Source of the DNA: Candidatus Peribacter riflensis
GTDB lineage: Bacteria; Patescibacteriota; Gracilibacteria; Peribacterales; Peribacteraceae
Reading direction: 5' to 3'
Assembly: GCA_001430755.1 (NCBI GenBank)
Contig: CP013062.1
Coordinates: 1,170,001-1,202,000 of the forward strand
Length of the DNA: 32,000 nt
The position numbers were made by a program, and so were the translations under genes. The notes beneath the pieces are model-generated. The model was not told where the DNA came from, made no database searches, and saw only the letters and a program-made list of their open reading frames with translations. Shown in pieces: positions 8,685 to 16,714 of the stretch. Every line of letters starts with the position of its first letter. Position 1 is the first letter of the stretch.

Positions 8685-9002
8685 ATGCTTGTCCTCACCC
8701 GTTCTCTCCACCAGGTGATCTTGATCGGCGGAACTATTGAAGTTGCTGCTGATCGGATCGGTTCCAGGGTTGTCAGGTTTTCTGTCCGGGCTTCGGGGTA
8801 TCCGATTGCCCGAGGCGAGTGCCCCGCTGCGGGCTCTGCCTCAAAGGACGGAGTCCTGATCCTTGCGCGCAAGCGCGGGGAGCGGATTCTCATCGGTGGT
8901 GACATCGTTGTCACCCTTCTGAGGATTGTCGGCAACCGTGTGAAGGTGGGCATCACCGCCCCGTCGGAGGTGGTTATCCTCCGCGACGAGCTGGTGGTGT
9001 AA
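8685..9002 (+). CDS. csrA: Tandem CsrA-CsrA fusion protein (two CsrA domains in one 105-aa chain)
   Basis: Domain 1: MLVLTRSLHQVILIGGTIEVAADRIGSRVVRFSVRASGYPIARGE. The linker is CPAAGSASKDG. Domain 2: VLILARKRGERILIGGDIVVTLLRIVGNRVKVGITAPSEVVILRDELVV. Both align to canonical CsrA ([48 protein letters not shown]). SD GGAGG at 8673-8677. There is no stop or ATG/GTG between the halves. Confidence 0.8.
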   Translation: MLVLTRSLHQVILIGGTIEVAADRIGSRVVRFSVRASGYPIARGECPAAGSASKDGVLILARKRGERILIGGDIVVTLLRIVGNRVKVGITAPSEVVILRDELVV

Positions 9003-9029
9003 GAGCAAGTCACTGGCATTCAGTGGCTA

Positions 9030-9063
9030 CCCCGTAACGGCGATTGTCGCTACGGGGTTTTTT
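9030..9063 (+). terminator. Rho-independent terminator after tandem csrA
   Basis: CCCCGTA ACGGCGATTGTCGC TACGGGG followed by TTTTTT (9058-9063). Confidence 0.75.
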
Positions 9064-9298
9064 GTGTCGTTTTTCGATGAGAGCTACTACTTTATATGCT
9101 CTTTATAAGACCAGATTCGTCTGGTCTCACTTTTTCCGGCCAACGTGTTGTTGGTTGGGGCCGACAGGGGTTATTCGCCCTTCCTCTACCGGTTTTTTAA
9201 GAGCCGTTTCCTTCACTTCTCTCGCAGGAGCGCGTAGCGTTTCGGCTCTCTTAGGGGCTTTCTCTAAGAGATCGCTCTGTGACAGTGAAGGTTTTTTT

Positions 9299-9407
9299 AA
9301 GCTCCCGACAGGCTGGAGGATCTCTGGCGTGTCGGGAGCTTAATGGGCCCTCCGAAGTCGGCCCCTCCCTCTTTCCTCTTTCCGCCTCAAGGAGGCTGGA
9401 GGATGCC
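9299..9407 (+). promoter_or_regulatory. csrA-2 leader with GGA motifs in a hairpin loop and across the SD (candidate CsrA autoregulatory sites)
   Basis: A 12-bp stem AAGCTCCCGACA (9299-9310) / TGTCGGGAGCTT (9330-9341) presents GGAGGA (9315-9320) in its loop. The SD region is AAGGAGGCTGGAGGATGCC (GGAGG 9391-9395, GGAGGA 9398-9403), just before GTG 9408. Confidence 0.4.
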
Positions 9408-9629
9408 GTGCTCGTGCTCAGTAGGAAGAAGAACGAGAGCATCGTCATCAACGACGACATTACAATCGTCGTCGTTGAGATCCGCGGCGACAAGGTGCGC
9501 CTGGGGGTTGAGGCCCCCAAGGAGGTGCCCGTGCACCGCCGTGAGGTGTTCGATGCGATCCGTCGCAACGAAGCTGCGACGGAGGAGAAACCGACAGGGG
9601 GGCAGGATGGCCCTCCTGCCACAGGGTAA
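9408..9629 (+). CDS. csrA: Carbon storage regulator CsrA (single-domain paralog), 73 aa
   Basis: (V/M)LVLSRKKNESIVINDDITIVVVEIRGDKVRLGVEAPKEVPVHRREVFDAIRRNE is a near-consensus CsrA. A GTG start at 9408, in frame with ORF 9279..9629, is preceded by a strong SD. The ORF-track N-terminal extension is not CsrA-like. Confidence 0.85.
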   Translation: MLVLSRKKNESIVINDDITIVVVEIRGDKVRLGVEAPKEVPVHRREVFDAIRRNEAATEEKPTGGQDGPPATG

Positions 9630-9657
9630 GCCGCCAGGCCATGAGCCTGACGGATGA

Positions 9658-9687
9658 CCCCGGTACGTGCGCGTGCCGGGGTCTTTT
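9658..9687 (+). terminator. Rho-independent terminator after csrA-2
   Basis: CCCCGGTAC GTGCGC GTGCCGGGG (one mismatch) followed by TCTTTTC. Confidence 0.55.
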
Positions 9688-9727
9688 CAACTACTCGTCC
9701 CCCGCCCCCTTTCGCTATGCTTCTCCT

Positions 9728-11209
9728 ATGCCAACCAAGGAGCCCTCTCGTTTGCATCTCTACAATACCCTCACCAAGAAGGAAGAGACGTTTGAGTCCA
9801 TCACAAAAGGAAAGGTGCTGATGTACACCTGCGGGCCTACGGTCTACGGCCGGCCGCACATCGGCAACTACGCCTCCTTCCTCATGGCCGACTTGCTTCG
9901 GCGCTGGCTCGAAGTGAGCGGCTACGCAGTCACCCACGCCAAGAACATCACGGACGTGGGGCACCTGCTGCATGACCGGGATCAGGGTGATGACAAAATC
10001 GAGAAGCAGGCCAGAAGTGAGAAATTGGATCCTCTCGAGATCGCCCGCAAGTACGAAGCGCAGTTTCTGGAGGATGAGAAAGCGCTCAACATCCTGGAGC
10101 CTTTTGCGCGGCCCCGCGCCACAGAGACGGTCAAAGAGATGCTCGCAATGATTTCCATACTCCTCGAAAAGGGCTTCGCCTACGAAACAAATGATGGCAT
10201 CTACTTCTCGGTCGAGAAATTCCCCGCGTACGGTTCACTCTCGGGCAACACGCCCGAAAACCTGAGTGCCGGTGCGCGCATCGAAGAGCGCGAGGGCAAG
10301 CATCATCCGGCGGATTTCGCCCTCTGGAAGAAATGTGTGGGCGAGAATGCGCCGCACCTGCTCCGATGGAAGTACGCGACCGGTGAGCGTGTGTATACCG
10401 AAGGCGACGATCCTTCCGCAGGATTTCCCGGCTGGCACATCGAGTGCTCCGCCATGAGCCGAAAGTTCCTCGCAGACCAGATCGATATCCACACCGGTGG
10501 CGAAGACAACATCTTCCCCCACCATGAGTGCGAGATCGCCCAGAGTGAGGCTTCGAGCAGCCGAAAACCCTTTGTCCGCACGTGGGTGCACCGCCGCCGC
10601 ATCCAGATGGGGGAGGAGAAAATGAGTAAGAGCCTTGGCAACGTGTTAAGTTTGCCAGACGTGATGGCACAGAGTTTCAGTCCCTTAGACCTGCGGTACT
10701 ACCTTCTCTCCGTTCATTACCGGACGAATTTGAAGTTTACGGAGAAGGGACTGGAAGATGCGAAGAAGGCGCGTCGGAAGATTCTGGAGTGGATGACGGA
10801 AGCAGGAGGTAAGGAAGATAAGGTAAGTAATGTAGGTAAGGAAGGCGAGGAAAACATGATCGAACCATGGAAGGAGAAATTTTTTGCGGCGATGAATGCG
10901 GACCTGAATACGCCTTCTGCGCTCGCGACCGTTTTCGATCTCATGACGTGGTCACGCAATCAGTCGGAATGGAGCAACGGGGCGGTGAATGCGTTGGAGG
11001 AATTGATAGGACACATTCGTCACACTTTCGGCTGCTTCGAACCCGAACAAATGGATGTGTCGGCAAAAGTATTGGAATTACTTACCAAGCGTAAAGAAGC
11101 CAGGAAGGCGAAGGACTACCACTTGTCCGATCAACTACGTGATGCGATTCACAAGGAGGGATATGAGGTGCGCGACAACGGTGATGAGCAGGAGTTAAAA
11201 AAGTTATAG
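9728..11209 (+). CDS. cysS: Cysteinyl-tRNA synthetase
   Basis: Class I aaRS motifs HIGN (RPHIGNYASF) and KMSKS (EKMSKSLGN), plus the CysRS-typical WHIECSAM. Start chosen at MPTKEPSRLHLYNTLT (9728). The ORF maximum at 9641 overlaps the terminator. Confidence 0.92.
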   Translation: MPTKEPSRLHLYNTLTKKEETFESITKGKVLMYTCGPTVYGRPHIGNYASFLMADLLRRWLEVSGYAVTHAKNITDVGHLLHDRDQGDDKIEKQARSEKLDPLEIARKYEAQFLEDEKALNILEPFARPRATETVKEMLAMISILLEKGFAYETNDGIYFSVEKFPAYGSLSGNTPENLSAGARIEEREGKHHPADFALWKKCVGENAPHLLRWKYATGERVYTEGDDPSAGFPGWHIECSAMSRKFLADQIDIHTGGEDNIFPHHECEIAQSEASSSRKPFVRTWVHRRRIQMGEEKMSKSLGNVLSLPDVMAQSFSPLDLRYYLLSVHYRTNLKFTEKGLEDAKKARRKILEWMTEAGGKEDKVSNVGKEGEENMIEPWKEKFFAAMNADLNTPSALATVFDLMTWSRNQSEWSNGAVNALEELIGHIRHTFGCFEPEQMDVSAKVLELLTKRKEARKAKDYHLSDQLRDAIHKEGYEVRDNGDEQELKKL

Positions 11210-11292
11210 GAAATATCTCATCGCGGACCTGATACTTGGTTATCAGGGTGGCGATATCTTTTCCACCTTTGTCTAAGCGACAAAGGTGGAGC

Positions 11293-11327
11293 CCCGCCCG
11301 TACCGAACGACGGTACGTTCGGGCGGG
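11293..11327. repeat. R1: 35-nt GC-rich imperfect palindrome, copy 2
   Basis: CCCGCCCGTACCGAACGACGGTACGTTCGGGCGGG equals the reverse complement of 3233-3267 except for the central base. It is preceded by an unrelated perfect hairpin CCACCTTTGTC-TAAGC-GACAAAGGTGG (11263-11289). Confidence 0.8.
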
Positions 11328-12199
11328 CAAAACGCCGGCGCGCCAATTCCCACTCCTCCCGGCCCTGCGCCTCCTCGCCTCGCCTCCAAGGCTTCGGCTC
11401 GTCTCGTCGGCCGCTTCGCGTACAGGGCCTTCCCCTTCACCCCCCGTGGCGCGCCACCCCCAAGACTATCCAAAGATTGTATGTATCTTTTTCCTCAACC
11501 TTTTTTGCATGCTCTGCGGTGACGAATCAGGAAAATCTTGAGAAAATGTCAGGAAAAGAAAACGTCATGTCAGGGGGCCTAAACGGAAAATTTGCTTTAC
11601 TAACACATATTTACCGTTGATCAAGGGGTTTTTGGTCCCCTGTTTTACCCTTCGGAAGGTATTTTTCTTGCAGGAATTCGTGCGAGAAAATGCGAATAAG
11701 TGCGAAATGAAGCGGAGAATTCCAGCGTCCGCCCCTTCTTTCGCCCTGTAACACCACGGGGAGGGCTGCGTTTCACTCCATGCACGGGTCTGTGCGAGAT
11801 CTTGCAGCAAACTGCAGATTTCCATAGGATCTCCGCGATCCGCTTTCCTCGAGGAATGGAAAGCGCGATCCGTGTATACGCCCTTTGACAAGTCGGCGCC
11901 TTGCCTTTGTCCCGCGTATGCGAGACCAAGCAAGTTTCACACTTCGCTTTCCCTATCTGTGGAAAGCGCTGTCGTGTTCTCCCAGTGTCCGTCTAACCCT
12001 GGAAAGGATCTCTCTGGCCTCGTGACACCTCTTTATATATAAGGAGAAGAGACCCGCATCGCGGGACTCGTTCTCACCACACAAGAGCGCAGAGGGACAG
12101 GCGGCGAGTCACTGATCACAACGAACCTACCCACTCCATCATCGATTTCCTCATTTCCTCTTTTCCATCGTTCTTTATTTCTTCTCTACTCCATACCTT

Positions 12200-15100
12200 A
12201 TGGATATTTCCCGCTTTAAGAGAGCCTGTGCGGGTCTGTCCGTCGCAGCGATCATGCTGACCCAGGTCGGCACGGCGTTTGCAGCGTACAGCGATGTCCC
12301 GTCAGGCGTGTGGTACAAGGATGCCGTCGAGGCCTTCGTCGACGCCGGTTACCTTGATGCCACACAAGCGCGCTTTCGTGGTGGCGACACCGCAACGCGC
12401 GCCGAATTTACCAAGCTGATCGTCATGCTGAATGGCGGTCTGCTCTCCACTCCTCCGGCTGTGCCGAGCTTCAACGACGTGCCGACTGGCGCGTGGTTCT
12501 ACGCGTACATGGAGGAAGCAGCCAAAGAAGGCTGGGTTCGTGGAGACAATAACTGCTACGGCTCGAAGCCGTGCTACGGACGCCCGAACTCGAACATCAA
12601 TCGAGCAGAGGCAGCCGCTCTCATCGTCCGTGCCTTCGGGCTGGAGTCGACCGGTTCTGCCGCGCAGTTCGTCGACAATCCTTCCGGCCAGTGGTACACG
12701 GAGCCCATCCAGACTGCTGCAGATCACTGTGTCTTGCAGGGTGACGACTCCACGGGTCGCGTCCGCCCCTCTGACAACATGAACCGCGCAGAAATGGTGG
12801 TCATGCTCCACCGCGTCGACCAGGGTCTGACCTTCGGTGTCGATTGTGGTCAGGGCCAGGTGACCGCTCCCGCGATCAAGTCTGTCATGGCAACATCCGC
12901 GACGACCGTCGAGGTCGAGTTCACGGTGGCCATGCAGAAGGCTTCATCCGAGGACAAGACCAACTACACGGTCTCCGGCTCCCCGGTTGTGCCGATCAAT
13001 GCCGCCAAACTCATCGCCAAGGACACAGTTGAGCTCACGCTCGGCGAAGAGATGGTTGCAGAGCACGAGTACACCCTCGAGGTGAAGGATGTCGAATCTG
13101 AAGATGGAGACATGGTCTCGGGCACCAGGACCTTCGATGGCTACGCAGCCATTGTGAAGGGCGACGGTGAACTCGAGGTCTCCCTCTCGTCCAAGAACCC
13201 CCGCGGCGACACCGTTCCGAAGGGTGCCGTGGGCGTCGTGCTCCTCTCCACTGACTTCACCGCGTCCTGCAAGGACAAGGTGGAAGTGGAGAACCTCACC
13301 GTCCTCCATGAGGGCTTCGGTGAGTCCACCGACGTTGATGGCGTGTACGCCGCCGTGAATGGCGCGCGTGTCACGCGCAAGCGGACGATCGATGCGCAGG
13401 ATCAGACCGCAGATCTGCGGTTCTCCTCCGCACTCGTGATCGATCCGTGCGAGACCGTGACGGTCGACCTCGTCGCGGATTTCAACTCTACGGCCACCAC
13501 GGCTGCAGAGCACAACTTTGTGGTCGAACTGCCGTCTGATGTGACGAGCAATGCCCAGGAGGTCACCGGGAACTTTCCGCTCCGCGGTGAGACCTTCAAG
13601 ATTGCAGCCATCACAAGCGGCATCATCACCATCACGTACCGCTCGGTGAACCCGAGCCAGGTGCAGGTGGGAGACAAGGGTGTTGTCATCGGCAAGTTTG
13701 AAGTCGATGCCGACTCCACCGAGGATCAGACGCTGTACTCGATGACCTTCGAGAACAACAGTTCCGCCTCTGACGGCGACTTCGTCAACGTGGCAGTCCG
13801 CCGCACAGATGGCACGGTCCTCACGAACACCGTCGCACAGACGGTCGGTGATTTTATCACGCTGGTCTTCGATCCTCCGTTCACAGTTTTGGAGGGCGAC
13901 AAGATCACGCTCGAAATCGTTGCCGACATTCTGAACGGTGCTGATAAGTCCATCCAGATGCACTTCGAAGAGAGCTCTGACCTCTTCGCCGTCGGTTCCC
14001 TGTACGGGTACGGCGTGAACGGTCAGCTCTACGGTTCGCAGGTGTCCATCCCGACGGACAACGCGACCACGGTGACCATCGACGCTGGTGAATTCACCAT
14101 CGGCATCAATGGCCCGTCCACCGCGCAGTACACCAGCGACACGAATGATGCAGTCCTCGCCAACATCGAGTTCAACACCGGTGGTGAGGATATCGACATC
14201 AAGAACATCTACATGCTCGTCCTCGGCCAGACCTCCACGGGTGCCTACATGTGCGAGAACAACGGCGCACGAGGAGCAGCGACAGTATGTAATGACACCG
14301 AAGGCGCAGATGAGATCTCTGACATGATGGAAGGCATCGAAATCCGCAACAAGACCACGGGTCGTGCGGTTTCGGGTGTCCGCCTCACGGCGACCGGCGG
14401 CTCCGGCAACGCAGCCACGGCCGTCATGGGCCAGTACCAGATCTACCGCTTCGACGACTTCGTCGTGAAGGGCAAGGAGACCTGGCAGTTCCGCGCGGAC
14501 TTCACTTCCGTCTCGGGTGGTCACCCGGGGAACGGAGACAAGTTCCGCATCTACATCTGTGGCGAGCCCACACATGTATTGGACTCAAACAACAACCTGG
14601 CAACGAACACCGCGACCTGCAGCTTCGGAGGCGTCTTCGGAGCAGGTGGGACCGTGACAGCTGCCTCTTCTTCCTACTACATGACGGTCGAAGGCATCTC
14701 CACGGGTGACAAGGTCGGTGATGTCCGCCCGCGTGGCGACATTGCCGGTAACGTCATGGAGGTGATCGACGCCAGCCTCACAGTGGAGGTCAAGGCCATC
14801 GCCGCGTCGGATTCTGCCGTCGAGAACGCGAAGGACCTGAATCTCTTCCGCTTCGAGGCCAAGGCCAGCTCCGCAGAAGACCTGCTCTTCACGAAGGCAG
14901 TCTTTGAGGCGGATGTCGGCACCCTCAATGACGCGAACAACTACTCGCTGTGGGTAGACACCGATGGCGATCGCGTGGTTGACACGGTCCTCGAGACCGG
15001 TGTTGCCAACCAGTCGAGCCAGGTGACGTTCTCCGAACTCGCAGGTGGCGGTTACGTGCTCCCGAAGGAGCAGACCGTCGTCTTCGAGGTTCACGGTGAC

Positions 15101-16495
15101 ATTGCCTCCTCGATCACGGGTACGAACCTGCGCATCTCCTTCGATACGGGAGCCACGGTGACCTACATCGAATCCGAGAAGCTCGCCGATGGCACCAGCT
15201 TGTCTGGTATCAAGACCAACGGCGTCTGCTCTGGGAGCTGCGATATCACGGTGACCACGGTGAAGTCCACCAACTATGCTCTCCGGAACCAGGGAGACCT
15301 GTTCGTCTCGCTCGATTCCCAGACCATCGGCGCCCGCCAACTGCTTGGTGGTACGCTCGGTGAGCCGGTACTCCGCATCAAGATGCATGCAGAGTTCGAA
15401 GACATTGATGTGACGGACCTCATCATCAACTCTTCAGGTAGTACGGCGGCTTCCGTCGACTCTCTGGAGATTTGGCTGGAAGGCGCCACCCAGGCTGCTG
15501 CAGTCAGCGGCGGCTGTGGAAGCGCAGATGTACTGAACAAGAACTACACGCCCTACACCTCCGCTTCGGGTACAACCGCTTTCTGCTTCACGTTGGATAA
15601 CAAGCAGCTCGTGGTCCCGCGCGGTGAGGACGTGAAAGTTCTCGTCCGGCCTCGCATCAAGACTGATGTGAATGGCGCGTCGAGCGGCAACTTCTACGCG
15701 TTCTTCATTGATCACACGCCTGCTTCCAATGACTCCACCGGAACCGGATCCGTCCGCGCACGCGGTGTTGCCTCGAGCAACAACCTGACTGCCAACGACG
15801 GTGACGCTTCGGCGGAGGGTGAAGTGTTTATCGGCCGCACATCGGCCAACGCGACGAACGTTCGTGTCAGTGGTAACTACAACGAAACGGTCCTCGCGAA
15901 GATCTCCACGATCACGAACGGTGGTGCTGCTACGGGTACAGTCCCGAGCGGTGCTGACCGCGAGATCGGAGCCTTCACCTTCACGGCCGCCACGAACGGC
16001 AACACCAAGGATGGTACGAACCAGTGGGTCCTCTCGGGTGCTGTCTTCACAGTGAACGGCACGAACGTGAACATGGCGACAACGGGCTTCAAGATCTACA
16101 ACAAGGCCACGTCCCAGTCGACGGCTATGGCCTGCCAGGGGTACAACACTTCTGGCACGGCATTGGTCGGAACGGCTTCCGGCGTGTTCCTTGTGAACTG
16201 TGCTGGTCTCTCTGCAACCACCACGACGGTGAATACCGCGGTGGATTCCGGTCAGGCCATCACACTCGTGCTGCTCGCGAACGTGACGAACACCAATACG
16301 GCTGCTTCGAGCGGAGGCTCGAGCATCCTGCAGGTGTCTCTGAACGACTTCACGAACGTCACGAAGAAGCTCAATGGCGAAGCAACGGGTAACAGCCGCA
16401 TTGAGTGGAATGACAAAGATAATGCTGACACGGATACCTTCACATGGGTGGAGTACCCGGACAGCGCTATCAACTCCACGACGTATCGTGGCTAA
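12200..16495 (+). CDS. S-layer / cell-surface protein: signal peptide, 3 SLH domains, long beta-rich Thr/Ser/Asp/Val-rich region
   Basis: 1431 aa. The signal peptide is MDISRFKRACAGLSVAAIMLTQVGTAFA. Three SLH-like modules are present: YSDVPSGVWYKDAVEAFVDAGYL...TRAEFTKLIVML; FNDVPTGAWFYAYMEEAAKEGWV...NRAEAAALIVRAF; FVDNPSGQWYTEPIQTAADHCVL...NRAEMVVMLHRV. The remainder is acidic and low in Cys, with Ig-like repetitive composition. Confidence 0.85.
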   Translation: MDISRFKRACAGLSVAAIMLTQVGTAFAAYSDVPSGVWYKDAVEAFVDAGYLDATQARFRGGDTATRAEFTKLIVMLNGGLLSTPPAVPSFNDVPTGAWFYAYMEEAAKEGWVRGDNNCYGSKPCYGRPNSNINRAEAAALIVRAFGLESTGSAAQFVDNPSGQWYTEPIQTAADHCVLQGDDSTGRVRPSDNMNRAEMVVMLHRVDQGLTFGVDCGQGQVTAPAIKSVMATSATTVEVEFTVAMQKASSEDKTNYTVSGSPVVPINAAKLIAKDTVELTLGEEMVAEHEYTLEVKDVESEDGDMVSGTRTFDGYAAIVKGDGELEVSLSSKNPRGDTVPKGAVGVVLLSTDFTASCKDKVEVENLTVLHEGFGESTDVDGVYAAVNGARVTRKRTIDAQDQTADLRFSSALVIDPCETVTVDLVADFNSTATTAAEHNFVVELPSDVTSNAQEVTGNFPLRGETFKIAAITSGIITITYRSVNPSQVQVGDKGVVIGKFEVDADSTEDQTLYSMTFENNSSASDGDFVNVAVRRTDGTVLTNTVAQTVGDFITLVFDPPFTVLEGDKITLEIVADILNGADKSIQMHFEESSDLFAVGSLYGYGVNGQLYGSQVSIPTDNATTVTIDAGEFTIGINGPSTAQYTSDTNDAVLANIEFNTGGEDIDIKNIYMLVLGQTSTGAYMCENNGARGAATVCNDTEGADEISDMMEGIEIRNKTTGRAVSGVRLTATGGSGNAATAVMGQYQIYRFDDFVVKGKETWQFRADFTSVSGGHPGNGDKFRIYICGEPTHVLDSNNNLATNTATCSFGGVFGAGGTVTAASSSYYMTVEGISTGDKVGDVRPRGDIAGNVMEVIDASLTVEVKAIAASDSAVENAKDLNLFRFEAKASSAEDLLFTKAVFEADVGTLNDANNYSLWVDTDGDRVVDTVLETGVANQSSQVTFSELAGGGYVLPKEQTVVFEVHGDIASSITGTNLRISFDTGATVTYIESEKLADGTSLSGIKTNGVCSGSCDITVTTVKSTNYALRNQGDLFVSLDSQTIGARQLLGGTLGEPVLRIKMHAEFEDIDVTDLIINSSGSTAASVDSLEIWLEGATQAAAVSGGCGSADVLNKNYTPYTSASGTTAFCFTLDNKQLVVPRGEDVKVLVRPRIKTDVNGASSGNFYAFFIDHTPASNDSTGTGSVRARGVASSNNLTANDGDASAEGEVFIGRTSANATNVRVSGNYNETVLAKISTITNGGAATGTVPSGADREIGAFTFTAATNGNTKDGTNQWVLSGAVFTVNGTNVNMATTGFKIYNKATSQSTAMACQGYNTSGTALVGTASGVFLVNCAGLSATTTTVNTAVDSGQAITLVLLANVTNTNTAASSGGSSILQVSLNDFTNVTKKLNGEATGNSRIEWNDKDNADTDTFTWVEYPDSAINSTTYRG

Positions 16496-16539
16496 TTGCA
16501 TTCCGACGATTCGTAGTATTTGACGCGTGCAACCAACAA

Positions 16540-16570
16540 AGCCCTCCCGCGAAAGCGGGGGGGCTTTTTG
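16540..16570 (+). terminator. Rho-independent terminator of the S-layer gene
   Basis: AGCCCTCCCGC GAAA GCGGGGGGGCT (GNRA-type loop, one T.G pair) followed by TTTTTGG. Confidence 0.8.
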
Positions 16571-16575
16571 GAATT

Positions 16576-16690
16576 CGTGGGAAGGAAACTACGTTTCCTT
16601 CCCACGGTCCCATCCTTCCTTCAATGGTGCGGCTCCAGGTTTGGGGCCCGCGAGACCCAAACCTTCGCCGCAGGCTTATTTCATTCCTCA
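16576..16690 (+). repeat. R3: ~115-nt two-hairpin element, copy C
   Basis: The element runs CGTGGGAAGGAAAC-TAC-GTTTCCTTCCCACG (perfect 14-bp hairpin, 16576-16606), then the pyrimidine linker GTCCCATCCTTCCTTCAATGGTGCGGCTCCAG, then hairpin 2 GGTTTGGG...CCCAAACC, then CTTCGCCGCAGGCTTATTTCA. It is collinear with 28356-28470 and with the reverse complement of 26935-27052. Confidence 0.75.
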
Positions 16691-16714
16691 CGGAGGCCTG
16701 TAAATGTTTTGTTG

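Noticed and set aside
11210-12199. A search by eye for RNase P RNA, tmRNA, SRP/4.5S or 6S RNA, and the short ORFs listed in this gap (for example 11236-11541 and 11565-11933).
   Set aside because: I could not find the conserved cores (GAGGAAAGTCC-type P4, a tRNA-like tmRNA end, the SRP GGAA/AGCA motif). The ORFs are mutually overlapping, low-complexity and partly read through the palindromes. A covariance-model scan is still needed.
12944-16501. Three long minus-strand ORFs (543, 267 and 355 aa) tiling the region opposite the S-layer gene.
   Set aside because: They are antisense to a gene with a clear signal peptide, SLH domains and a terminator. Their translations are Arg/Gly/Val/His-rich, typical of GC-rich antisense frames, and I recognise no domains in them.
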